Below, one piece after another: positions 46,701 to 55,755 of a stretch of DNA of 64,000 nucleotides. The notes beneath the pieces are model-generated. The model had not been told where the DNA came from. It saw only the letters and a program-made list of their open reading frames with translations, and did no database searches. The stretch lies in contig CBDCXR010000004.1 in the NCBI GenBank assembly GCA_965223845.1, forward strand, positions 7,488,001 through 7,552,000, read 5' to 3'. The number at the start of each line of letters is the position of its first letter. Position 1 is the stretch's first letter. Origin of the DNA: Planctomycetota bacterium (GTDB lineage: Bacteria; Planctomycetota; UBA8108; SXIK01). The translations under genes and the position numbers were made by a program.

Positions 46701-46933
46701 AAGGCGTTCGTAAACTGCTGGTCCGTGAGAACCTTCTGCTTGAGCAACACGCGGCGGAGAAGATCCGGCGACTTCGCCTGGGTATTCAGCGGGCGAATTC
46801 CCACCGAAAGGATGAAGAGTCGCGCCGCGAACTCGTCGCCCTCGAGCGTCAGGATTCCCTCCTGGCCGTTCATCATGAGGGCCTGAACAATGTTCGAGAG
46901 CGGAATCTGATCTATGTCGCCGCGAAATGCCAC
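43757..46933 (-). CDS. Bitopic DUF4388-TPR-TM-PEGA-beta-propeller (PQQ/BamB-like) protein
   Basis: FRGDIDQIPLSNIVQAL...EGIL and ILMEAVRREDEW (DUF4388/PatA-N like); TM VVAIMLFIGVLLGFGSLW; ETTPPDADIIVDG..VGRTP (PEGA); repeated A.D..SG..LW propeller motifs. Confidence 0.75.
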   Translation of the reverse strand: MAFRGDIDQIPLSNIVQALMMNGQEGILTLEGDEFAARLFILSVGIRPLNTQAKSPDLLRRVLLKQKVLTDQQFTNAFSTWVPGSSYPGEFLISRRIIEGSVVETELRKQLEDFLFEIFLIPKLKYEFLAGEDPTDYELFNPDQLGEVLIFNANSILMEAVRREDEWGRLKQVIPSDTEIYVATETAAQAFNDPALSRELVSAVAPYLRGEHSVHSIVDNSTISRFEIYELLAKLLTSGAIRPLQLEEKQELAERLRKSLRPKDAVGIYRSILLNDPGNTAVRQKLIQLLGKAKGPASEIADHHLYLARQNEEVDTEKALDHLDEVLERCPEHIEALWSLFAIQTNQDRYREAIAAAKRLTAAAVKAENSGILVELARQVVEIYPEEVGILNDLAEALAAAGEDDDAAACFVAAAAVYEERRDHTRLRKTCERLAKICPAEAQRLKRAVEVERRAKTSRKIRVKVVAIMLFIGVLLGFGSLWGIHEHQSRTTLADVKSTVHRLAELADFDQAREALEDFTQRFRFSTTQSEAHALLRELDQREADARERQKKLASEQRFKTRAEYTRAQIAFKNDKYVESIGILRSLDFDHLSEKTRGEAVALEKRIKSYLGKAAKYERAAQTAFDEGDFAKCHQLRKALLYHYPNAVESKTVQLPIYIETTPPDADIIVDGRRVGRTPHAILLNPRDSAPDIVLRRDGYKPIELERSTVDGRPFDPLSTPRLALELVKDTYWSFPVGGSIETPITARDGRGYFGTRNGYVYCVDLNERKEVWSYHVAYSMDVTGEITLWKNFVLFGTQSGSFYVLSAVTGREVAEISTTKDMLPIRGGPSQVTSDGITFLNGGGRSITAIDIAAGKKLWTKTYRARPLLGKPLVRRDRIHVLTGSGGILAISATTGNVESFVAPRRGSVRFPGTVRGDKIYFISDDRVLGCADLESARLLWEIEELNAPVAAAPTADSDSVVVATTDRKLHCFSHSGERRWSIELSDPVAASGIIFKNQFIVGTTNGRVLAYDCGSGSRLWQYSTKDKVRFLAPGEVHKGRFCIGSVNNALFVTALD

Positions 46934-47052
46934 CGCTGGCTCCTGGGGTGTCGCTGATCGGTTGGGTGATTCGGAGTCGTCTGCTCCGAGGTGTCGACGT
47001 CGTGCTCAGGCACCGTCGTTCTTTGGAATCTGGTTTGAGGAATCGGTCGCGC

Positions 47053-48345
47053 TCAAGTTCTCTTGATCACCATCGCCGTGATGTCGTCTTCCTGCGGAGA
47101 GCCGCCCGTGAACGCGCGAACGGCGGTTCGAATGCGGAGAAGCACGTCGTCGGCGGACCACTCCGAGGTCACGTCCTTCAGATCGAACGCGAGGCGATCG
47201 CGTCCGTATTGAACGCCGCGGGGTCCGCGGGCCTCGGGGAGACCGTCGGTGAGAAGAACGAGAAAGCTGCCGTGGGGGAGCGTGATCGTGCGTTCTTCGA
47301 GCACGTCGCCGAGTCGGACGAGCGCGCCGAGGCCGAGGGGCGCACCGCGCGAGTCGATGCTCTCGAGCGCCGGAGTGTCGGGCGAGAGAACGAGGGGGTG
47401 CTCGTGTCCCGCCCGCGCGAATGCGAACGCCCCGGACGATAGCTCGAGGATGCCGTAGAGGGCGGTCACGAAGCTGCCCTTGTTGAGGTCGTCGCTGATG
47501 TCGCAGCTCGTCCGGCGGAGGACTCGCGCCGGCGACGGATCACAGTCGTCCGTCGCGCGAAGCTGGAGGACCTTGCGCGTAATCCCCATGAGAAGCGTCG
47601 CCTCGACGCCGTGCCCGACGACGTCTCCTACGCAGAGACCGACGTGATCGTCGTCGAGTGCGATGTAGTCGAAGAAATCCCCTCCCACCTTCTCCGACGG
47701 CTCGTAGAGATGAGCGAACTCGTACCCGGCACGTTCGGGGGGAGTCTGCGGCAGGATCGCGGCGACGCATTTCGCCGTCGCGTCGAGTCCCTTCTCTAGG
47801 TGCTCGGAGCGCCGGAGCGAGTGCACGAGCGTCTGCACTTTCTGAGTCGGCGTCGTCGACGCGTCGTTCTCGATCGCGGGCGGCGGCGGCGCGGCGGCGG
47901 ACGGCTCCTCGGGCGACGAAATCACGGCGTCGCCGTCGACGATGTAGTAGTCCTCGATCGATCCCGTGAGCTTGAGCCGATCGACGAGCTCGTTCGACGG
48001 ACTGTAGAGCGTCATCGAGCGATCGCGGGCCTTGCTCTCACGGCGGATGCTGCGCAGGAGGCTCAAGAACTTCGCGTCGAGCCGAGCGGAGCGGTCCTTC
48101 TCGACTTTGAATTCGCTCAGATCGAGCCCGAGGTGACCGGGCCATTCCCGCGCCAGGCGATCGAGCTTCGCGGCGAGCGGGGGAGAGTAGAGCCCCGAGA
48201 CGACGATCAAGCAGAGATCGCCTTTGGTGCTCTGACGCACCTCGGCGTCTTTGAAGGAAAACACCGTGGTGACGATCTCATCGCCGTCTTCGAGAAGATC
48301 TTTCCACTGGCTCGGGCTGAGGGCGGTCTTCACGTCGTGACTCAT
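47053..48345 (-). CDS. SpoIIE/RsbU-type PP2C phosphatase with STAS-like N-terminus
   Basis: VGGDFFD, GDVVGHG, FVTA, AGH..P, TDGL.EA, QEDDIT; N-terminal LDLS...SMTL...LKLTG. Confidence 0.85.
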   Translation of the reverse strand: MSHDVKTALSPSQWKDLLEDGDEIVTTVFSFKDAEVRQSTKGDLCLIVVSGLYSPPLAAKLDRLAREWPGHLGLDLSEFKVEKDRSARLDAKFLSLLRSIRRESKARDRSMTLYSPSNELVDRLKLTGSIEDYYIVDGDAVISSPEEPSAAAPPPPAIENDASTTPTQKVQTLVHSLRRSEHLEKGLDATAKCVAAILPQTPPERAGYEFAHLYEPSEKVGGDFFDYIALDDDHVGLCVGDVVGHGVEATLLMGITRKVLQLRATDDCDPSPARVLRRTSCDISDDLNKGSFVTALYGILELSSGAFAFARAGHEHPLVLSPDTPALESIDSRGAPLGLGALVRLGDVLEERTITLPHGSFLVLLTDGLPEARGPRGVQYGRDRLAFDLKDVTSEWSADDVLLRIRTAVRAFTGGSPQEDDITAMVIKRT

Positions 48346-48809
48346 AGATGCTTCTCGTCGCGGCGCGTTCGCCGAGCGAGTACGCCGTTCGGGGAGATCG
48401 GGTTTGCGATGCAATGGGTCGGGGAGCCCGGAACGCTGGGAGGGGCGCGAGCGCGCGTTCCGACCGCGCTCCGCGTGATGGAGCGAGGGCGAGACCGTCC
48501 AGGCATCGGAGTATATTTGGCTCCGAAGCGACCGGCACGCGGCGCGGCGTTATCGGTTGCTACCCGGCGCGTCGGCCGAGATATCGGTTGCGAAGGCCGC
48601 GGGTTCGGCGCGTCGGGGAGGCGTCCGGCGCGCCCGTTGCACGACCCCCATCGCTCCGGCCGAATGTTGTTCCGCTTTCGGACGGCTGCTACCATCCGTC
48701 CAAGATCTGAACGCAAGCTCTTCGGCCTTCGGCGCGCCGCCGCGAACCGCGTGAGAGACCGCGATCGGCGAGGGGGCTCCGCCCGAGGGACCACGTCCGG
48801 AGATCGTCT

Positions 48810-49718
48810 GTGACCGACGACCACCGAGAACCGCGCGACTCCGCCCACCGAGGCTTCCCAGCCGACGGCGGGGAGAACGGTGCCGCGCGTTCTGCACCCG
48901 ACGGTGCCGTGGAAAGGCCGGCCGCCGAAAGGCCGGCCGTCGAAAGGCTGGCCGCCGACGAAGCGATGCGCCTTCCGGGCGAGGGTGAGCGGTTTCCCGA
49001 GGACGATCAAGTCGCCTGGGCCCTCGTTCCGGACGCAGCCACGCTCGAGCGCACGAACGGGCCGAATCGCGGTCCAGTGTCCACGCGTTGGACAGGCGAC
49101 GACGCTCCGGACGACACGGTCCTGCCGGCGTTCGAGTCCGGAGCGGGCGAGGAAAGCGCGGCCCCGAGCGAATCGCGGGACGGCCGCGAGAGGAAGAATC
49201 GTTCGTCGCGGCGGATCGGCGTCCTCGAGGCGCTCGCACTCGTCTGCGTGGCGTTCGCGATCGCCCTTCTCCTAAGGGGTTACGTCGCCGAGGCCTACGA
49301 GGTGAAGGGCCGGAGCATGGAGCCGACCTTCCTCCACGGCCAACGCGTCGTCGTTCTCAAGGTCCTCTACGAGATCGAGCGCCACGATATCGTCGTGTTC
49401 GGCTCGACCGAGGACCCGACGAAGAACCTGATCAAGCGCGTGATCGGCCTCGAGGGCGATCGTGTGGAGATCCGCGCGGGTGCGGTGTACGTGAACGGTG
49501 AGGAACTCGAGGAGCGCTACATCGAGCATCCCGCGCCCCTCGAGTGGCATCCGGAGATCACCGTCCCGGCGGGAAGCTTCTACGTCCTCGGCGACAATCG
49601 ACCCGACAGCCACGACAGCCGCGTCTTTCGGGCGATCCCCGAAGAGAAGCTTCGGGGGAAGGTCGTCTTTCGGCTCTGGCCCTTCGGCGAATTCGACCCG
49701 GACGCCGCGGCCGACTGA
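48810..49718 (+). CDS. lepB: Signal peptidase I
   Basis: GRSMEPT, LIKRVIG, GDNRPDSHDSR; long disordered N-terminus, start uncertain. Confidence 0.92.
   Translation: MTDDHREPRDSAHRGFPADGGENGAARSAPDGAVERPAAERPAVERLAADEAMRLPGEGERFPEDDQVAWALVPDAATLERTNGPNRGPVSTRWTGDDAPDDTVLPAFESGAGEESAAPSESRDGRERKNRSSRRIGVLEALALVCVAFAIALLLRGYVAEAYEVKGRSMEPTFLHGQRVVVLKVLYEIERHDIVVFGSTEDPTKNLIKRVIGLEGDRVEIRAGAVYVNGEELEERYIEHPAPLEWHPEITVPAGSFYVLGDNRPDSHDSRVFRAIPEEKLRGKVVFRLWPFGEFDPDAAAD
48912..48957 (+). repeat. Three-copy 15-bp tandem repeat
   Basis: GAAAGGCCGGCCGCC / GAAAGGCCGGCCGTC / GAAAGGCTGGCCGCC. Confidence 0.8.
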
Positions 49719-49892
49719 GCGCGCGGGCGCGGTCCCATCGCGAGGTGATCCCGCCGTCTTCCGACGCGCGACGGAGCCGGTCTGGCGCGTGGCGAGTGCG
49801 CGTCGCTGCGACCCTACCGTCTCGCCGTTCTAGGTGAGTGTTGGTGGTCTTACGGACCCTGATCTACGGGTCCCATCGGCTGCCCGCCCCCC

Positions 49893-49920
49893 TTGACTCA
49901 CCCCCGCCCGCGCCTATACT
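49893..49920 (+). promoter_or_regulatory. Sigma70-like promoter upstream of the pilB-pilB-pilC cluster
   Basis: TTGACT-16 bp-TATACT. Confidence 0.5.
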
Positions 49921-50440
49921 CGGTGGTGAATCATCTCGGAAGACGTTGGCAGCCTGTAGGATAGAACGAGGGCGCGCCGCTCGCCCGCACGGCGGCGACG
50001 TCGCTTGCGTTCTCCGTGAGGGTTCGTTTCGGCTCGCGTTCCGCGCCTCCGCTCAAGGGTCTCAACACGAGCGGGACTGCCGGAGTGGATCGGCGTATCG
50101 CCGCGGTTTCGTTTCCGAGGGTCCCCCCGCGGTTCCCCGCACGGTCCCGGAACGGAGACCGGCTCGACGCGACCGCCTGAGTCCCCACGCACCTCGTCCC
50201 CATCCGAAGCGTCCGTCCCGCGTTCCGTCCCGTTCCTTCGAGCGGCTCGCCTTCACAACGGGCACTGTTCTTCGCGCACCTTTGCTGCGGATTCCTCAAG
50301 ATCCTTAAATTCCATCCAGCGCACGCAGATCGTACGGCCGTGCCGATGGTTCGACTGAGTTTCAGTGGAACCTCGACATGCGACACGGCATCGGCGTGTG
50401 CACCTCGATGCTCGTCGCACGCCGAGTAGGAGACTCTCTG

Positions 50441-52120
50441 GTGAACAAGAAGTCTGTCGGGCAGATCCTCAAGGCCATGGGCGCGGTCGACGAAGACCAG
50501 ATCGATCGAGCGCTTCAGTTCGCCGAGGCGAACGATCTGCGCATCGGCGAGGCGCTGCTCAAGCAGGAAAGCTGCTCTCAGGAGCAGCTCAGCCGTGCTC
50601 TGAGCAAGCACTGGGAGGTGCCGTTCGCGAATCTCTCGAAGGGTGAGATCAAGCAGGAGATCGTCCAGCTCGTTCCGAAGGACGTCGCGCTCGAGCACAA
50701 CGTCGTCCCCGTCACGAAGAAGGGGAACACGCTCTACGTGGCGATGGCCGCGCTCGACCTGATGGTGCTCGACAACCTCAAGTTCCTCCTCAATCAGGAC
50801 GTCGAGGCGGCGATCGCGACGCCGAAGGACATCGAGGAAGCTCTCGATCAGTACTACCGGCTCACGGGCAATTTGAGCGAAGTCATCGGGGACGAAGACG
50901 GCGTCCAAGTCGGTCGCGACGAGTACGCGGGCGAAGATGCCGACGCGAACGAAGGGCCGGTCATCAAGTACGTGACGCAGCTCATTTCAAACGCGCTCAA
51001 GGAGCGCGCGAGCGACATTCACGTCGAGCCGTTCGAAAAGCGCGTTCGCATCCGGTATCGCGTCGACGGAGTTTGCGTCGAAAAGGAAAACCCGCCGAAG
51101 AAGCTCCAGGGCCCCATCCTCTCCCGCATCAAGATCATGTCCGACATGGACATGGCGGAGAAGAGGCGGCCGCAGGACGGCCGCATCAAGATCCATCTCC
51201 ACGGTCGTGAGATCGACCTCCGCGTGTCCGCGCTCCCCGCGCGCCACGGCGAGAGTATCGTCATGCGGATCCTCGACAAGGAGAAGAGCCTCGTCGATCT
51301 CGAAGAGCTCGGTTTCCACGAGACGGACTACAACCGTTTCGAAAAGATTATCAAGCGCCCGAACGGAATCTTTCTCGTTACGGGACCGACCGGTTCGGGA
51401 AAGACGACGACGCTCTACGCCGCGCTGAAGAAGCTGAATCGTCCGGACGTCAAGATCATCACCGCGGAGAACCCGATCGAGTACAACCTCACGGGAATCA
51501 ACCAAGCGGAAGTCCGCCACGAAATCGGGCTCACGTTTCAGCGCATCCTCCGCGCCATGATGCGACAGGCGCCGAATATCATCCTCGTCGGAGAGATTCG
51601 CGACCGGGAGACGGCGGACATCGCGATTCAGGCCGCGCTCACCGGTCACTTGGTGTTCAGCACGCTCCACACGAACGACGCACCGGCGGCGCTCACGCGT
51701 CTCATCGATATGGGCGTGAAGCCCTTCCTCGTCGCGTCGGCGGTCATGGCGGTGATGGCGCAGCGGCTCATCCGCATGCTCTGTCCCGATTGCAAGCAGC
51801 CGTACGAGGCCTCGGACACCGAGCTCCGGCAGGTGGGCATCACGCGCAATGAATTCGACAGCGGATCCCAGCTCTTCGAGGCGAAGGGCTGCCCGGCGTG
51901 TAACGGTCAGGGCTACCGCGGTCGCCGCGGCGTGTACGAGCTCATGGAGCTGAGCCCGGATCTCCGCGAGATGGCGTTCGAGCAGAAGCCTACTCAAGAT
52001 CTGCGGGTGAAGGCGCGCGCCGAAGGGATGACGACGCTCCAGGAGGACGCGGTCCGGAAGGCGCTCGCGGGGCGGACCACGCTTTACGAAGTCCTCCGCA
52101 TCACGCACCGCGCTGACTAA
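50441..52120 (+). CDS. pilB: PilB/GspE-family assembly ATPase (copy 1)
   Basis: MshEN-like N-terminus, ASDIHVEP, PQDGRI, GPTGSGKTTTLY, VGEIRD, STLHTND, CxxC/CxxC; GTG start after AGGAG. Confidence 0.9.
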   Translation: MNKKSVGQILKAMGAVDEDQIDRALQFAEANDLRIGEALLKQESCSQEQLSRALSKHWEVPFANLSKGEIKQEIVQLVPKDVALEHNVVPVTKKGNTLYVAMAALDLMVLDNLKFLLNQDVEAAIATPKDIEEALDQYYRLTGNLSEVIGDEDGVQVGRDEYAGEDADANEGPVIKYVTQLISNALKERASDIHVEPFEKRVRIRYRVDGVCVEKENPPKKLQGPILSRIKIMSDMDMAEKRRPQDGRIKIHLHGREIDLRVSALPARHGESIVMRILDKEKSLVDLEELGFHETDYNRFEKIIKRPNGIFLVTGPTGSGKTTTLYAALKKLNRPDVKIITAENPIEYNLTGINQAEVRHEIGLTFQRILRAMMRQAPNIILVGEIRDRETADIAIQAALTGHLVFSTLHTNDAPAALTRLIDMGVKPFLVASAVMAVMAQRLIRMLCPDCKQPYEASDTELRQVGITRNEFDSGSQLFEAKGCPACNGQGYRGRRGVYELMELSPDLREMAFEQKPTQDLRVKARAEGMTTLQEDAVRKALAGRTTLYEVLRITHRAD

Positions 52121-52246
52121 ACGCAAGCGAGTCGATTCTCGACTCGATGCACCTTTCCACGGGCTGCCAAGGCTGAATCGAAGTAGCAACGAACCCAAGA
52201 CAACGACCCCGAGCGCTCGATCGCCTCGGGTTCGGGAGACCGCACC

Positions 52247-53944
52247 GTGCTGAACAAGAGACTCGGACAGATTCTGAAGGAACAGGGCGTCGTCTCCGAG
52301 TTCGACATCCAGGAGTCGCTGAAGAAGCAGAAAGAGAGCGGGATGGCTCTCGGTCAGATTCTTCTCGAGAACAATCTGGCCAACGAGGAGCAGCTTCAGC
52401 GCGCGCTCGCCGCGCAGGCGGGGATGGAGTTCGTCGACCTCGCCACGTCGGAAATCGTCCCCGAAGTCATCGAGCTCGTCGACCCGACGACCGTCGAGAC
52501 CTTCCGCGTCATGCCGGTCGAGTACGACGGGACGACCCTCACGGTCGCGATCGCGAAGCCCGACGCGATGAACATGCTCGATGACCTGCGGTTCAGCCTG
52601 CCGAAGATCGACAACTTCAAGATGGTCGTCGCCGGTGAGGAGGCGATTCAGGCCGCGATCGAGAAGTACTACCAGGACGGCGCTCGCGGAATGGACGAGC
52701 TCTTCGGCGGAGAGGGCGGCGGCGCCATCGGCAAGGAGCGCGAGAGCATCGACGCCGCGCAGCTCGAGGCCGACGCGAACGCGGCGCCGGTCGTCAAGCT
52801 TCTCAATATGATCCTCCTGCAGGCGATCCGCGATCGCTCGGCGGACATTCACCTCGAGCCGTTCGAGCACGAGTTCAAGGTGCGCTACCGCGTCGACGGC
52901 GTCCTCTACGAGATGATGCCGCCGCCGATTCACTTGGCGCGCGCGGTGATCTCCCGCGTGAAGGTCATGGCGAATCTCGATATCGCCGAGACGCGACTGC
53001 CGCAGGACGGGCGCATCGAGCTCAACATCGGCGGGAACCCGGTCGACCTTCGCGTGTCGACGCTGCCGACGATGTACGGCGAGAGCGTCGTCATGCGAAT
53101 CCTCGATCGTCAGAACCTCGCGCTCGACCTCGAAAAGCTCGGCCTCCGTCCCGAAGAGCTCAGCACCATGCGGAAGCTCTGCGGGAAGCCGAACGGGATC
53201 GTGCTCGTCACCGGCCCGACGGGAAGCGGGAAGACGACGACTCTCTACTCCGTGCTCCACGAAGCCAACGACATCGGCGTCAAGATCATCACCACCGAAG
53301 ATCCCGTCGAGTACGACCTCGAAGGAATCGTTCAGGTGCAGATCAACGAAGAGATCGGAACGACCTTCGCCGCGTGTCTGCGCAGTATCTTGCGCCAGGA
53401 TCCGGACAAGATCCTCGTCGGTGAGATTCGCGATCTCGAGACGTCGCAGATCGCGGTCGAAGCCGCGCTCACCGGTCACATCGTCTTTACGACCCTTCAC
53501 ACGAACGACGCGCCGTCGGCGGTCACGCGAATGCTCGACCTCGGGCTCGAGCCGTTCCTCATCACTGCGTGCCTCGAAGGAATCATCGCCCAGCGGCTGG
53601 TTCGTCGCATCTGCCTCGATTGTAAGGAAGCCTACGACCCGACGGACGAAGAGCTCTACGAGCTCGAGCTCACCCGATCGGGAATCGAAGGTCGGACCTT
53701 TTACTACGGACGTGGCTGCAAGAAGTGCAACAACACCGGGTACAAGGGGCGAATCGCGATCTTCGAGCAGTTCATCATGAACGACCGGCTGCGGGACATG
53801 ATCATGAACGCGGCCTCGACGGCCGAGCTTCGAGCCGTGGGAAAAGAGAGTGGAATGCGCACCCTGCGTGACGCCGGGCTGCTCCATATTTACGACGGCG
53901 TCACGACGATCGAGGAGGTCGTCAAGGAGACGATCACTTCATGA
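52247..53944 (+). CDS. pilB: PilB/GspE-family assembly ATPase (copy 2)
   Basis: RLGQILKEQGVV...LGQILL MshEN, GPTGSGKTTTLY, TTEDPVEY, RQDPDKILVGEIRD. Confidence 0.92.
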   Translation: MLNKRLGQILKEQGVVSEFDIQESLKKQKESGMALGQILLENNLANEEQLQRALAAQAGMEFVDLATSEIVPEVIELVDPTTVETFRVMPVEYDGTTLTVAIAKPDAMNMLDDLRFSLPKIDNFKMVVAGEEAIQAAIEKYYQDGARGMDELFGGEGGGAIGKERESIDAAQLEADANAAPVVKLLNMILLQAIRDRSADIHLEPFEHEFKVRYRVDGVLYEMMPPPIHLARAVISRVKVMANLDIAETRLPQDGRIELNIGGNPVDLRVSTLPTMYGESVVMRILDRQNLALDLEKLGLRPEELSTMRKLCGKPNGIVLVTGPTGSGKTTTLYSVLHEANDIGVKIITTEDPVEYDLEGIVQVQINEEIGTTFAACLRSILRQDPDKILVGEIRDLETSQIAVEAALTGHIVFTTLHTNDAPSAVTRMLDLGLEPFLITACLEGIIAQRLVRRICLDCKEAYDPTDEELYELELTRSGIEGRTFYYGRGCKKCNNTGYKGRIAIFEQFIMNDRLRDMIMNAASTAELRAVGKESGMRTLRDAGLLHIYDGVTTIEEVVKETITS

Positions 53945-54170
53945 CGAATCGCCTTCGGGCGGACCGAAAATACCGGACTCGACCGGACGCCGCCGCAAGG
54001 GTTGAGGTGGATGTTCAAGTCGGCCGACCTCCACTTGGCAGTGGAGTCTCTGATGGATACGATGAATGCCGGTCGAGCGGTTTCGCAGCCGGCCATCGAA
54101 CTGTGATACGGATTCAGCAGCGCGCATCGGGTGAGTCCGGGTGGCTGAATCTCGAGACTAAGGAGGGAAC

Positions 54171-55406
54171 ATGCCCGTCTTCGCCGTAGAAGGCATCGAT
54201 GCGAACGGGCAGAAGGTCAAGAAGGACATTGACGCTGCGTCGAAAGACGCCGTCGTCAAGCAGTGCAAGTCCGCCGGCCTTCGTCCGACTCGTATCTCCA
54301 TGAAGGCGCGGTCCGCCGCGAAGGGTGGCGCCGACGCCGGGAAGAAGAAGGGCGGGAAGGTCCTCTTCGACCGGGTCAAGCACGCCCAGATCGTGACGTT
54401 CACGACGCAGCTCTCGACGCTGCAGGACGCGGGCCTTCCGATCGTCCGGAGTCTCAAGATTCTCGGGGAACAGCAGAAGGCGGGAAAGTTCCGCAATACG
54501 CTCGAGAGCATCGCGGATGAAGTCGAGCAGGGAAGCACGTTCTCCGAGTCGCTGAGCAAATTCCCGAAGTGCTTCGACAAGCTGTACGTGAGCATGGTGA
54601 AGGCCGGCGAGGCCGGTGGCGTGCTCGACGTGATCCTCAACCGCCTTGCGACCTTCATGGAGAAGGCGGAGAAGATCAAGAAGAAGGTGAAGGGCGCGCT
54701 GATCTACCCGATCGCGGTCATCATCGTCGCCGTTCTCATCGTCGCCTGCATCATGATCTACGTGGTGCCGTCCTTCGAAAAGATGTTCGCCGACATGGGG
54801 CAGTCGCTCCCGGCGCCGACTCAGTTCCTCCTCACGTGTAGCGAGCTCGTCCGGAAGTGGTGGTTCCTCCTTCCCGGGGTTCCCTTCGTCTTCGTCGTCA
54901 TCGTGAAGTGGATTGGATCCCGGCCGAAGGGCCGCGTGATGATCGACCGGGCGAAGCTGAATATCCCCGTCTTTGGGATGATCATTCGCAAGTCGTCCAT
55001 CTCCCGCTTCTGCCGTACGCTCGGAACGCTGATCGCGTCCGGCGTCCCGATCCTCGAGGCTCTTCGTATCGTGAAGGACGCGGTCGGGAACGTCGTGATC
55101 GGCAACGCGATCGAAGAAGTCCACGGCAGTATCCGTGAGGGCGACACCGTTGCCGAACCGCTCAAAAACTCGGGCGTGTTCGACGAGCTTCTGATCAACA
55201 TGATCGACGTCGGTGAGGAAACCGGCGAGCTCGACAAGATGCTGATCAAGATCGCCGACAACTACGAGGCGGACGTCGACGTTGCGGTCGAGGGTGTCTC
55301 GAGTCTCATCGAGCCGATGATTATTGTCGGCCTCGGCGGCGTGGTCGGATTCATCGTGATCTCGCTGTTCCTCCCGCTCATCGAGATCATCAAGGGCATC
55401 AACTAG
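54171..55406 (+). CDS. pilC: PilC/GspF-family platform protein
   Basis: FTTQLSTLQDAGLP, MVKAGEAGGVLD, ALIYP, VGEETGELDKML, LIEP. Confidence 0.93.
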   Translation: MPVFAVEGIDANGQKVKKDIDAASKDAVVKQCKSAGLRPTRISMKARSAAKGGADAGKKKGGKVLFDRVKHAQIVTFTTQLSTLQDAGLPIVRSLKILGEQQKAGKFRNTLESIADEVEQGSTFSESLSKFPKCFDKLYVSMVKAGEAGGVLDVILNRLATFMEKAEKIKKKVKGALIYPIAVIIVAVLIVACIMIYVVPSFEKMFADMGQSLPAPTQFLLTCSELVRKWWFLLPGVPFVFVVIVKWIGSRPKGRVMIDRAKLNIPVFGMIIRKSSISRFCRTLGTLIASGVPILEALRIVKDAVGNVVIGNAIEEVHGSIREGDTVAEPLKNSGVFDELLINMIDVGEETGELDKMLIKIADNYEADVDVAVEGVSSLIEPMIIVGLGGVVGFIVISLFLPLIEIIKGIN

Positions 55407-55755
55407 CGCCCTTGCACGTCCGCGAAGGGAGAACGACGAAGAAGAGAGGGCTCAAGCCCTGAACGAGGGGCGGAGGGTGAGTTCCCGATCGTGCGCGATG
55501 CGCTTGGTCGGGAACTCTTTCATTTGGGTCGGAGGAGGCTTGCGCGAGGTTCTCCTCTTCGCCGCCGCGGCGGGTGGCCCCATCGTTTCAGTGGGGGCTC
55601 GAGCTCGCCTCTCGCTCCCGCGACCGGCGCGGCGAGGGCTGGTGTTCTCGACGTGCGGTCGCTACCGTGGCTGAGCTCAGGACGGCGACGTTCCTGACGG
55701 TCGATTCTCGACCGAGCGCGACGCAGTCGAATCTGCAGAGGAATCCGGGCTACAC

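Noticed and set aside
50987-53887. 966-aa antisense ORF (likewise 28584-30944, 22517-24481, 60319-62025, 37635-39371)
   Set aside because: These are shadow ORFs opposite well-supported genes, expected in high-GC DNA, with no recognisable motifs.
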